24,000 bases of DNA, from the NCBI GenBank assembly GCA_017472255.1, contig JAFUQU010000041.1:154-24153 (forward strand), read 5' to 3'. The notes below the pieces were generated by a model, which saw nothing but the letters and a program-made list of their open reading frames with translations, searched no databases and had not been told where the DNA came from. Shown here one piece after another: positions 1-8,392 of this stretch. Both the position numbers and the translations under genes were made by a program. Numbering within the stretch: the stretch's first letter is position 1; every line of letters starts with the position of its first letter. The DNA is from Clostridia bacterium (GTDB lineage: Bacteria; Bacillota; Clostridia; Oscillospirales; CAG-272).

Positions 1-22
1 CACCGGCTATGCCGGTGGTTTT
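1..22 (+). terminator. Hairpin plus T-run at the window edge
   Basis: caccggc-tat-gccggtg (1-17) is followed by gtttt. The upstream gene lies outside the window. The hairpin could also serve the minus-strand tRNA. Confidence 0.35.
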
Positions 23-23
23 C

Positions 24-109
24 TGGTGCGAGAAACGGGACTTGAACCCGTACGGTGAAAATCCACACGCCCCTCAAACGTGCGCGTCTGCCAGTTCCGC
101 CACTCTCGC
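24..109 (-). tRNA. tRNA-Leu (anticodon GAG), class II long variable arm, CCA encoded
   Basis: The reverse complement reads GCGAGAGTGGCGGAACTGGCAGACGCGCACGTTTGAGGGGCGTGTGGATTTTCACCGTACGGGTTCAAGTCCCGTTTCTCGCACCA. It has a 7-bp acceptor stem, an anticodon stem CACGT/GCGTG with loop TTGAGGG, and a T-arm GGGTTCAAGTCCC. Confidence 0.9.
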
Positions 110-121
110 GTCAACAGATAT

Positions 122-150
122 ATTATACACGATTGCGCACGATTTGTCAA
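122..150 (-). promoter_or_regulatory. Sigma-A type promoter for tRNA-Leu
   Basis: The minus strand reads TTGACA-aatcgtgcgcaatcgtg(17)-TATAAT. It ends about 12 nt upstream of the tRNA 5' end. Confidence 0.65.
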
Positions 151-185
151 GGGGTTTTCGAAATTTTATTCGGGATAATTTTTAA

Positions 186-1193
186 TTATTCCACCGCCGC
201 CAGATCCAGCGATTTGCCGTAATCGGTGTAAACCGGCGTCAGATTGTTGTAGAACTTGTAGAATTCCTCGTAGAACTTCGAATAGGTGTAGTTCTCGAAA
301 ATTTCGTCTGCGTTTTCATTCATGTAGGCTTCGTCCTTCGGACAGCGCAGCACAATGTGGTAGCCGTAGGGCGATTCCACCACGCCGCTGTATTCGCCTT
401 CGTCAAGCCCAATCGCCGCTTCCCAGATTTCGTCCAGCGCGTCATATTTCATCGTATAATAGCCGTGCTCCGGCGACAGATATTCCTCGCTGTAATCGCT
501 GTACTCGCCCATCAGCTCCACAAAATCGCCGCCCGCCTTCAGCGCGGCAAGCGCTTCCTCGGCGCGTCCCTTCGCGTAATCCTTCGCCTCCGCGCTCAGA
601 AACTCCACGTAAATTTCCTTGATGCAGATGATCTCGTCGCTTGCCAGCGCCGCATCCACAGCCTCATCGCCCGTGGCGATCATGCCCGTGGATTTCATGT
701 AATCCAGCACCGAATACGCCAGCTGGGACTCCGCCATTAAATCGTAAAATAAATCATGCGTCATATATTGCTGCTCCAGCGCCAGCAAATAGGTCTCGTC
801 GTCACCGCAGGAGGCTCGGTACTGCTTCACATAAGTGTCAATCGCCTGTTCCTCGTCGTCGGTCAGCTTAACGCCCCATTCGTCCGCCATAATCGTCAAA
901 GTATGGCGGTTTTTTACGTTGGCTTCCACCAGCTCCTTCAGCGTTTCGCAGTCTTCCTCGGTCAGCGCAGCGTCCTCGCCGAACTGGTCGCGCTTGTTGT
1001 TAAGCAGAAAATAGCGGTATTCCTGATATTCCACATCCTCGCCGCCAATGGTCATGACCACCTTTTTGTCCTGCTCAGTAGACGGAAAATCGCTGCTATT
1101 CTTCCCCGAACAGCCGGACAGCAGCATCGCCGCCGCCATCACCGCCGCTCCAAAAGCCCTATATTTCAAATCTATCATCCTTTCATAAACCAT
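186..1193 (-). CDS. Peptidyl-prolyl isomerase lipoprotein (PrsA/SurA-like parvulin foldase)
   Basis: The signal peptide carries a lipobox (AMLLSGC). The C-terminus has a parvulin-type motif (SPYGYHIVLR). The true start may be an internal ATG or TTG just downstream of GAAAGGA, giving MKYRAFG... Confidence 0.8.
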   Translation of the reverse strand: MVYERMIDLKYRAFGAAVMAAAMLLSGCSGKNSSDFPSTEQDKKVVMTIGGEDVEYQEYRYFLLNNKRDQFGEDAALTEEDCETLKELVEANVKNRHTLTIMADEWGVKLTDDEEQAIDTYVKQYRASCGDDETYLLALEQQYMTHDLFYDLMAESQLAYSVLDYMKSTGMIATGDEAVDAALASDEIICIKEIYVEFLSAEAKDYAKGRAEEALAALKAGGDFVELMGEYSDYSEEYLSPEHGYYTMKYDALDEIWEAAIGLDEGEYSGVVESPYGYHIVLRCPKDEAYMNENADEIFENYTYSKFYEEFYKFYNNLTPVYTDYGKSLDLAAVE

Positions 1194-1339
1194 AAAATCG
1201 TGCCGCTTCTGCTATTATAACGTACCAATGTGACGGCTGTGTGAAGATTCACGGAGTATTGCTGGAATTTTGCAAAGAATTTCGTTGACTTGGCTGAACA
1301 GCCGTGAACCCGTCCGGCGTGCAGTGAACACCCCAAGTA

Positions 1340-1348
1340 TGCTATACT
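1340..1348 (+). promoter_or_regulatory. Possible extended -10 promoter for the phage-type operon
   Basis: TGcTATACT lies about 27 nt upstream of the terS start codon. No good -35 element is present. Confidence 0.35.
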
Positions 1349-1374
1349 TTTAGCAGTACAGAGGAGGAATGCAA

Positions 1375-1704
1375 ATGGTCAAATTCCGATCGGGCAGAAA
1401 GCTCATCGAGGCCATCGACGCCTACGTGACCGAGTGCCGCTCAGTCGATACCAAAAAGCCCATCTTCGCCAATATCGCCGGATTCTGCCGCTCCGCCGGT
1501 ATCTCCGTCGGCGATTACCTTTCATTAAAAAAACGCTTCCCCGCCGAATTCGAACTCGCCGGCGCCTACTTCGAAGACGCCGCCCTCAACTCCGGCGCCA
1601 CCGCTTCCCTCGTCGGTATGTACCTCCGCCAATACGGCTACTGGGGCAAACCCGCCGAAGACGAAGTGGTATGCGAGCATGATTTATACGAAGACGGGGT
1701 TTAA
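1375..1704 (+). CDS. Phage terminase small subunit (gp3-like DNA-packaging protein)
   Basis: The ORF is small and lies directly upstream of terL. Its N-terminal HTH-like segment (IFANIAGFCRSAGISVGDYLSLKK) is typical of small terminases. The second ATG (1375) has better spacing to GAGGAGGA than the ORF-track start at 1369. Confidence 0.65.
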   Translation: MVKFRSGRKLIEAIDAYVTECRSVDTKKPIFANIAGFCRSAGISVGDYLSLKKRFPAEFELAGAYFEDAALNSGATASLVGMYLRQYGYWGKPAEDEVVCEHDLYEDGV

Positions 1705-1705
1705 A

Positions 1706-1965
1706 GGGGTACGCGCTTTTCGTGAAAAGCTGTGCAAAAGCTTTATGGTGAGGGATATTTTGGCTTTCCTTCGGGACGGTTTACCGTCCCCGAATGCACT
1801 TCACCCACGGCGTTTACGCTTCAAACTTGTTCGCGAGTGCAGCGCAATTGGTAGGACAGCGCGAACATACTGCTGGCGACAGAGAGCGATTTGTCCTCCG
1901 CGGAACCCTGCCCCCTCCGGCAAATCGGGTTCGCTATAATTTGTTTTGCGTGTAAAGTTACTTTG
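1706..1965. repeat. Left arm of a 624-bp inverted-repeat element between terS and terL
   Basis: The arm starts 2 nt after the terS stop codon. It is an inverted copy of 2073-2329. The first 49 nt are identical and the first ~104 nt carry 4 mismatches by hand alignment. Further in, identical blocks of 31, 17 and 11 nt are separated by diverged patches. Confidence 0.9.
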
Positions 1966-2072
1966 TTTTTTGGATAATATAGGTCGAACCAAATTGCTGA
2001 AATGCCAGTAATAAAAGTTACTTTATTTATAAACCCGACAGTTCAAACAAACTCACTGTGCTGCAAGTGATA
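1966..2072. other. AT-rich core of the inverted-repeat element
   Basis: This ~107-bp AT-rich spacer sits between the two arms. It contains the palindromic 11-mer AAAGTTACTTT at 2014-2024, which is also present at 1954-1964, with the variant AAAGAACTTTT at 2074-2084. Confidence 0.8.
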
Positions 2073-2329
2073 GAAAGAACTTTTGCACGCAAAGCGAGTT
2101 AGAAGTGTCCCGATTTGCCGTAAGGGGTAGGGACCCCTGGAGGACAAATCGCTCTGGGACGCTTAGCCTGTGTACGCGCACGCTTCGTCTGCGCTGCACT
2201 CGCGAACAAGTTTGAAGCGTTCCTTCGTGGGTGAAGAGCATTCCGGGACGGTAAACCGTCCCGAAGGAACGCCAAAACATCCCTCACCATAAAGCTTTTG
2301 CACAGCTTTTCACGAAAAGCGCGTACCCC
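2073..2329. repeat. Right arm of the inverted-repeat element
   Basis: Its reverse complement aligns with 1706-1965. The arm ends 25 nt upstream of the terL ATG. Confidence 0.9.
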
Positions 2330-2354
2330 CCTACCAGAAAGGACTGAATCACAA

Positions 2355-3632
2355 ATGATATTACACGGCAAGCCTAATCCGAAGCAGGCGGAATTCTTCC
2401 GGTCTACTGCGAAGTTTACTGCATACGGCGGCGCGCGGGGGGGCGGCAAGAGTTGGGCGCTGCGGCGGAAGCTGATTGCGCTATGTTTGAGGTATGCGGG
2501 CATACACTGTCTGATTATAAGGCGGACGCTGTCTGAGCTGAGGCAGAATCATGTGATGCCGCTGCTTGCGGAGCTTGGCGGACGGGTGGCGTGGTCGGCT
2601 GGTGAACGGGAGTTTACCTTTGCCAACGGCAGCCGGATTACGCTGGGGTATCTTGCCTGCGATGCGGACACGCTGCGCTATCAGGGTCAGGAGTACGACA
2701 TTATCGCCATTGACGAGGCGACGCAGCTTACCGAGTATCAGTTTTCGACGCTGAAGGGCTGTCTGCGCGGCACGGGGAAATTTCCCCGCCGGATGTATCT
2801 GACCTGCAATCCCGGCGGCGTGGGACACGCCTGGGTCAAGCGTCTGTTTATTGATCGGGATTTCCGGGAGGGCGAGAATCCTTCCGACTACCGATTCATT
2901 CAGGCGCTGGTTTACGACAACGACGTGCTGATGGATTCCGATCCCGATTACGTTCACTCGCTGCAAAGCCTTCCCGATCATTTACGGGCGGCGTGGCTGG
3001 AGGGGCGCTGGGATTTATTCGAGGGGCAGTTTTTCCCCGAGTTTTCGAAGGAACGCCATGTATGCGCGCCTGTCGAGCTGAAATCAAGGCGGCGGTTCGC
3101 TGCTTTTGACTATGGATTTGACCGCTTTGCCCTGCTCTTTTGCTGCATGGAGGGGGATATGCTTTACGTCTACCGCGAGTTCTGCAAGTCGGGGCTGACC
3201 CTCTCGCAGGCGGCGGGGGAGTTGGCGCGGCTCTGTGATGCTGACCGGCAGCGGGGGTTTGATATCGCTTATGCGGTGGCTTCCCCCGATTTATGGAACC
3301 GGCGGCAGGATTCGGGCTACAGCGGTCAGGAGATCATGTCCCGCACCGAGGGCGTGCCGCCTCTTTTGCGGGCGGACAACCGCCGCATTCCCGGATGGCG
3401 CGCCTTACGCGAGACGCTGGACGGGCATCTGCGCATCTTTGAAGGGTGCCGGGAGCTGATTTCGTCCATGCAGGCACTTCTCTGCGACCCGGCGATTCCC
3501 GAGGACGCCTCGGGCGAACCGCACGCTGTGACCCACGCGCCGGAAGCGCTTCGCTACGCGGTGATGTCCCGTTCGGGCGATCGCTGCGATGTGCGGGTTG
3601 ACCGCACAATCGGCGGGCTGGCGAATTTCTGA
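2355..3632 (+). CDS. Phage terminase large subunit
   Basis: It has a Walker A motif (YGGARGGGKSWA), a Walker B-like motif (YDIIAIDEAT) and a C-terminal nuclease-type region. The ATG at 2355 (MILHGKPNPKQAEFF) is preferred because the ORF-track start at 2298 lies inside the repeat arm. Confidence 0.9.
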   Translation: MILHGKPNPKQAEFFRSTAKFTAYGGARGGGKSWALRRKLIALCLRYAGIHCLIIRRTLSELRQNHVMPLLAELGGRVAWSAGEREFTFANGSRITLGYLACDADTLRYQGQEYDIIAIDEATQLTEYQFSTLKGCLRGTGKFPRRMYLTCNPGGVGHAWVKRLFIDRDFREGENPSDYRFIQALVYDNDVLMDSDPDYVHSLQSLPDHLRAAWLEGRWDLFEGQFFPEFSKERHVCAPVELKSRRRFAAFDYGFDRFALLFCCMEGDMLYVYREFCKSGLTLSQAAGELARLCDADRQRGFDIAYAVASPDLWNRRQDSGYSGQEIMSRTEGVPPLLRADNRRIPGWRALRETLDGHLRIFEGCRELISSMQALLCDPAIPEDASGEPHAVTHAPEALRYAVMSRSGDRCDVRVDRTIGGLANF

Positions 3633-3727
3633 GATTCGCCGCTGACAACGATATATCCGCCTCGCGGGGTGCACACTGCGGGGTGCATATATAAATACAT
3701 TACCTACCAAACAGGAGGACAAAAACT

Positions 3728-4552
3728 ATGGCAATTTCCAACTTCATCCCCACCGTCTGGAGCGAGACGCTCCTGAGCGAGCTTGACCACGACTACATCG
3801 GCGTGCGCAACTGCTCCCGCGACTTTGAGGGCGATATCCGCGGCAAGGGTTCGTCCGTCAAGATCAACGGCATCGGCGACATCTCTGTTTTCGACTACAC
3901 CAAGGACACCGATATGCAGACCGCGCAGGATCTGTCCGACACCTCTCAGACCCTGCTCATCGATCAGGCAAAGGCGTTCAACTTCCAGATTGACGACGTT
4001 GACCGCGCCCAGTCCACCCCCAAGCTGATGCAGGCTGCCATGAGTCAGGCTGCTGCGGCTCTTTCCGATGTGGCTGACGCTTATGTCTACTCCCTCTACA
4101 AGAATGTCGCTCCCACGAACACCATCGCCTACAGCGAAATCGTTGCCGAGGACGTGCTGGACATTCTGCTTGACGCCCGCCGCGTCCTGCTCTCCCACGG
4201 CGTGAACAGCAACATTCCCACTTCGCTGGAGGTTTCTCCCGAGGTGGCGGCGCTGATCATCAAGTCCAAGATTCTCAACAACTCGGACAACACCGCCGCT
4301 CTGGAAAACGGCGCGCTGGGCAGCTTTATCGGCTTCGACGTCTACGTTTCCCCCAACATCGCCGTGGTGGACAACCGCTACAAGTGCCTTGCCCGCACCA
4401 AGCGTGCCATCGCGTTCGCCGAGCAGCTCAACGAGGTGGAGGCTTACCGCCCCGAGAACCGCTTCGCCGACGCGGTGAAGGGTCTGCATCTCTACGGCGC
4501 AAAGGTGGTTTACCCCGACGAGGTGGTGCTGCTTGACCTGAGCGTCGGCTGA
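3728..4552 (+). CDS. Phage major capsid protein (HK97-fold type, small)
   Basis: The RBS AGGAGGA is strong. The N-terminus MAISNFIPTVWSETLL resembles the N-terminal signature recalled for some phage coat proteins. The gene sits in the head module and is followed by a hairpin. Confidence 0.65.
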   Translation: MAISNFIPTVWSETLLSELDHDYIGVRNCSRDFEGDIRGKGSSVKINGIGDISVFDYTKDTDMQTAQDLSDTSQTLLIDQAKAFNFQIDDVDRAQSTPKLMQAAMSQAAAALSDVADAYVYSLYKNVAPTNTIAYSEIVAEDVLDILLDARRVLLSHGVNSNIPTSLEVSPEVAALIIKSKILNNSDNTAALENGALGSFIGFDVYVSPNIAVVDNRYKCLARTKRAIAFAEQLNEVEAYRPENRFADAVKGLHLYGAKVVYPDEVVLLDLSVG

Positions 4553-4574
4553 TTCATACGCTGACTTCGTCTGC

Positions 4575-4600
4575 GGCGGGACGGCTCACGCCGTCCCGCC
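4575..4600 (+). terminator. Hairpin after the capsid gene (possible partial terminator or stabiliser)
   Basis: A 10-bp GC stem ggcgggacgg/ccgtcccgcc has a 6-nt loop. The following T-tract is weak (taccttatt). Confidence 0.3.
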
Positions 4601-4623
4601 TACCTTATTAAGGAGAGATTTTT

Positions 4624-4962
4624 ATGACCTGCAACAATATTTACGAAAAAGCATTGGCATTGATCGGCGATATGCCGACGGACGCGGGAACCGAATATTA
4701 CGCCGACCGCGCCCCCGCCCTGCTTTCGATGGTGGTGCGCGAATACGCCCCCATCACCGGAACGGTGGTGCCTGAAATTACGTCGCTGGACGCTTCTTTT
4801 CCGCTGGACGACCGGCTGGCTCCTCCGGCGGCCATGCGGCTGGCGGCGCTGCTTATCATCGACGAGCTGCCCGGCACCGCCGAGGTGCTGAATTCCTCCG
4901 CCGCACGTTCGCTTCAGGCGGTCTGGGGCGCGGAGATTTCGTCGATCAAAGAGGTATACTAA
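4624..4962 (+). CDS. Phage structural protein, possible head-tail adaptor or head completion protein
   Basis: RBS AAGGAGAG. The ORF is 112 aa, sits between the capsid gene and a large structural ORF, and has 1-nt spacing to the next gene. No diagnostic motif was found. Confidence 0.55.
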   Translation: MTCNNIYEKALALIGDMPTDAGTEYYADRAPALLSMVVREYAPITGTVVPEITSLDASFPLDDRLAPPAAMRLAALLIIDELPGTAEVLNSSAARSLQAVWGAEISSIKEVY

Positions 4963-4963
4963 A

Positions 4964-6664
4964 ATGAGCGAGCCGAAGAAACACATCTTTGACGATTTCT
5001 CCTCCGCCGCGCGGATCGACAACTTTCGCGTTACGGCCGACAAACGGCTGGAACAGCGGGGCGGCACCGCGCTGATTCACACCTTCGACGCGCCGCTTCG
5101 GGGGGCGCTGACCGTGGGCGTCAGCGACGGCGAGGAGATTTACGCCGTTTCGGGCAGCAAGCTTTGGCGGCTTACCGAGGCGGACGGGGTATTCACCGCC
5201 GTGTCGCTGGGCACGCTGGAGGACGCGGCGTTCGCGGACGAAAACGAGCGGGTGGAGATGTTCCTGTTCACCGGGAAGCTGTACATTCTGGGCGGCGGGA
5301 ACTATTACTGCTGGGACGGCAGCGCACTGTCCGTGGTGGAGGGTTACATCCCTCTCTGGCGGCGATATTCGGGCGCGACGGGGGGGAGCCAGGCTTACGA
5401 GCGGCGCAATCTGCTGACCAACCGGGTGCGGGAACGCTTCTGCCCCGACGGGGAGAGCCGGGAATTCAAGCTTTACGGCAAGGCGGTGTCGGTGGAATCG
5501 GTTTGGGTTTCCGGCACGAAGCTGGAAACCGATATGTATTCGGTGCGCTTCTCGGAAAACACCGGCTACGTGGAGATGGCGCTCATCTACTCCGAAAATT
5601 CCAACGACATCATTGAAATCTACTACACGTTAGTGGACGATGGACGCCGTTCCGACGTAACCTCCTGTCCCCACGCGGCGGTTTACGGCGGCGACACCGA
5701 CACCCGCGTGTTCCTTTACGGCGGCAGCAACCGCTCGGTCATCTACCCCACCGATCTGGTGGGCGCGGAGGATACGCCCGCCATTTCCGCCGAATACTTC
5801 CCCATTGGCGCGGACATCACCGTGGGTGATGGCAATCTGCGGGTGACGGGCGCGGTGCGGCAGTTCGACCGGCTGGCGATTTTCACGGAGGAGGGGGCGT
5901 TCTACACCTATCCTTACGATGCGGGAACGGTCAACGGCATCCAACGCTTCACCTACCCCATTCTGCCGCTGAACTCGGATGTGGGCGCTACCCGGGAGGG
6001 CGGCGCGGTGCTTCTGGAAAACGAGCCTTACGCGCTGAATCCCAACGGGCTTTACCGCTTCAAATCCACGTCGGTGCGGGACGAGCGTCTGGCGGTGCGG
6101 GTGGAAGCGCCGGATTTCATCGGTCTCGATCGGGAATTCATCGACGCCTGCGGGCTTTATGTGAACAAGCTGCGGGGCGAGCTATGGTGCTATCACAACG
6201 GCGTGATGGCGATTTACAACGCTCGGCTTGATGTGTGGTACCGTTTCACGGGGGTTGATCCGCACTTTATGTTCACGTACCAGAGCGAGGCGGCGTTCGG
6301 CGAGGGTAATTCGCTGTACCGCTTCGGCGAGGGGCTGTACGACGACGAGGGTACGCCCTTTACGGCGCAGTTTGTCAGCCTGCCGCTGGATCTGGGGGCT
6401 GCCTTCGAGCGAAAGACGATCTACGGCTTTGGCGTATCGCTGGAGCGGCGTCCCAGCGCGTCGGTGATCTGCTCCCTTTCCACCGATCTGGGCGGCGAAT
6501 GGTCGCACACCTTTACGCTGGACGAGGGGGACGGCAGCACGCCTGTGGTATGCCATTCCCACGCGCGGCTGGGGCGGGTGGCTTACGCGGTATTTTCGCT
6601 GGAGGCGCCCGGCGGCTGCGATGCTTCCGTCGGCGTCCGCGAGGTGATGGTCGAGGTGAGGTAG
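4964..6664 (+). CDS. Phage virion protein of unknown function (566 aa; possibly tail-hub, nozzle or stabilisation-like)
   Basis: The composition looks coding and an RBS (aagagg) is present. The gene lies within the head module. No catalytic motifs were recognised. Confidence 0.7.
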   Translation: MSEPKKHIFDDFSSAARIDNFRVTADKRLEQRGGTALIHTFDAPLRGALTVGVSDGEEIYAVSGSKLWRLTEADGVFTAVSLGTLEDAAFADENERVEMFLFTGKLYILGGGNYYCWDGSALSVVEGYIPLWRRYSGATGGSQAYERRNLLTNRVRERFCPDGESREFKLYGKAVSVESVWVSGTKLETDMYSVRFSENTGYVEMALIYSENSNDIIEIYYTLVDDGRRSDVTSCPHAAVYGGDTDTRVFLYGGSNRSVIYPTDLVGAEDTPAISAEYFPIGADITVGDGNLRVTGAVRQFDRLAIFTEEGAFYTYPYDAGTVNGIQRFTYPILPLNSDVGATREGGAVLLENEPYALNPNGLYRFKSTSVRDERLAVRVEAPDFIGLDREFIDACGLYVNKLRGELWCYHNGVMAIYNARLDVWYRFTGVDPHFMFTYQSEAAFGEGNSLYRFGEGLYDDEGTPFTAQFVSLPLDLGAAFERKTIYGFGVSLERRPSASVICSLSTDLGGEWSHTFTLDEGDGSTPVVCHSHARLGRVAYAVFSLEAPGGCDASVGVREVMVEVR

Positions 6665-6724
6665 GAACGGCCGGCGGGCTGCCGTACACCCACAAAATTT
6701 TCACACTACAAAAGGAGGACACAT

Positions 6725-6856
6725 ATGCTTATTTTCCTTTACCTGCTTGGCTTCCTTACGGGAGCGGCAGCGGCTGCGCTGGTCGGCTTTCTGCGCAAAA
6801 GGCGCAGAAAGCCCCCTTCCCTCGATGACGAGATGCGCAGCATTTTACAATATTAA
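6725..6856 (+). CDS. Small single-pass membrane protein (43 aa), absent from the ORF track
   Basis: AAAGGAGGA lies 6 nt upstream of the ATG. The product is MLIFLYLLGFLTGAAAAALVGFLRKRRRKPPSLDDEMRSILQY: one hydrophobic helix followed by a basic stretch. The stop codon lies 12 nt before the portal start. Confidence 0.5.
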   Translation: MLIFLYLLGFLTGAAAAALVGFLRKRRRKPPSLDDEMRSILQY

Positions 6857-6868
6857 GGAGGATTTACC

Positions 6869-8392
6869 ATGCAAAACAACATTTCCTGGCGGCAGTTCGA
6901 AGCCGGCCGCGAGTACAACCAGCGGATCGGGCTTTACCAGAACGCCGCCGTCAACGAACGCTTCTATCGCGGCGATCAGTGGAAGTCGGTCAACGCTTCC
7001 ACGCTTCAGACTCCCGTCTTCAACATTGTCCGGCGCATTACCGATTATCTGGTGGCGCAGGCGGCGGCTTCCAACGTGGATATCGTTTACTCGGACGAAA
7101 ATCTCCCCTTCGTGCAGGATGAGGACACCCGCGCGCGCATCGCCGAAGCGGTGGCGCTGCTTAATCGCAACGCCGCCTATCGCTGGGAAAAATGCCGCCT
7201 CGACCGGCTTGTCCGCCAGCTGCTTTTGGACGCGGCTCTTACCGGCGACGGCGTGCTTTTCACCTACTGGGATCCGTCCATCGTAACCGGGCAGGCTTAC
7301 ACCGGAGATTTCGTTACCACCACCGTGGACGGCGCGAATCTGTTCGTGGCGGACGTGAACTCCACCGATTTGCAGGGACAGGCGTACATCATTCTGTCCG
7401 GTCGGGCGGCGGTGAGCGAGCTTCGGGCGGAAGCGCTGGATCACGGCGCGTCCCCCGACGACGCGGCGAAGATTCTCCCCGATGGCGATCTTCACTACGG
7501 CGCGGGCGACTGCGCGGCGCTGGAGAACACCGATGTGTCCATGGAAAAGGCAACCTACATCATCAAGTTTTACCGCAACCGGGCGGGCATCGTCTGCTTC
7601 GAAAAATCCACCCGGGACTGCATCATCCGCACCGCCGAAACCGGGCTCCGGCTCTATCCCGTGGCGATGATGAACTGGATTCCCACGAAGAATTCCTATC
7701 ACGGCACCTCGCCGGTCACGTCGATGATTCAGAACCAGAAGTATATCAACAAGGCTTACGCTCTGCTGATGAAGCATATGATCGACACCGCCTTTTCCAA
7801 GGTGATCTACGACAAGACCCGCATTCCCGAGTGGACCAACGAGGTCGGGCAGTCCATCGGCGTGGTGGGCGGCGATCTGAACGGCGTGGCGACCACCGTT
7901 TCGCCGGGCGCCATGGACGAACGGTTCGGCGAGGTCATCGACAGCGTGCTGACCCACACCAAGGAGACCATGGGCGCTACCGACGCTTCCCTGGGCGAGA
8001 CCAATCCCACCAACACGTCGGCAATTGTGGCGCTCCAGGAGGCTAATTCCGTTACGCTGGATTCGGTGCGCGGTTCGCTGTACAACTGCCTGGAGGAGCT
8101 GGCGGCCATCTGGGTGGACTTTATGTGTGCTTATTACGCGGACGGGCGGATGGTGCTGTCCGGCGAGGGCGTGGCGGCGTTCGACTGCCGTTTGCTGCGT
8201 GGCGAGCTGATTTCCGCACGGGTTGACGTAGGCTCGGCGACCCGCTTCTCCAAGGCGTCGGCGCTGGCGGCGCTGGACAAGCTGCTGGACGGCGGGCATA
8301 TTACGCTGAAGCAGTATCTGGAGCGCCTGCCCGACGGGGTGATTCCCATGCGCGCCCAGCTGATCGACGAGGTGAGCGGCGATGGACGATAA
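6869..8392 (+). CDS. Phage portal protein
   Basis: RBS AAGGAGGA. The N-terminal motif NERFYRGDQW is characteristic of portal proteins. The size is 507 aa. The long minus-strand ORF 6845..8527 is an antisense shadow. Confidence 0.8.
   Translation: MQNNISWRQFEAGREYNQRIGLYQNAAVNERFYRGDQWKSVNASTLQTPVFNIVRRITDYLVAQAAASNVDIVYSDENLPFVQDEDTRARIAEAVALLNRNAAYRWEKCRLDRLVRQLLLDAALTGDGVLFTYWDPSIVTGQAYTGDFVTTTVDGANLFVADVNSTDLQGQAYIILSGRAAVSELRAEALDHGASPDDAAKILPDGDLHYGAGDCAALENTDVSMEKATYIIKFYRNRAGIVCFEKSTRDCIIRTAETGLRLYPVAMMNWIPTKNSYHGTSPVTSMIQNQKYINKAYALLMKHMIDTAFSKVIYDKTRIPEWTNEVGQSIGVVGGDLNGVATTVSPGAMDERFGEVIDSVLTHTKETMGATDASLGETNPTNTSAIVALQEANSVTLDSVRGSLYNCLEELAAIWVDFMCAYYADGRMVLSGEGVAAFDCRLLRGELISARVDVGSATRFSKASALAALDKLLDGGHITLKQYLERLPDGVIPMRAQLIDEVSGDGR

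Noticed and set aside
24-109. tRNA-Leu as the integration site (attL) of the phage-like module.
   Set aside because: A housekeeping foldase gene and the tRNA's own promoter lie between the tRNA and the module. I found no copy of the tRNA 3' end near 10200-10330 or elsewhere in the window. No integrase is present.
2298-2354. N-terminal extension of terL (ORF-track start at 2298).
   Set aside because: The extension lies inside the right repeat arm and has no RBS. The ATG at 2355 gives a typical terminase N-terminus.
1679-2503. ORFs 1679..1939 (+) and 2099..2503 (-), which share GVRAFREKLCKSFMVRD..AFLRDGLPS and could be taken for duplicated small genes.
   Set aside because: They are translations of the two inverted-repeat arms. 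The identical 31-nt block is read in different frames in the two copies (LRFKLVRECSA versus NASNLFASAAQ), so the conservation is at nucleotide level. Neither has an RBS or an independent start. One begins inside terS and the other runs antisense into terL.
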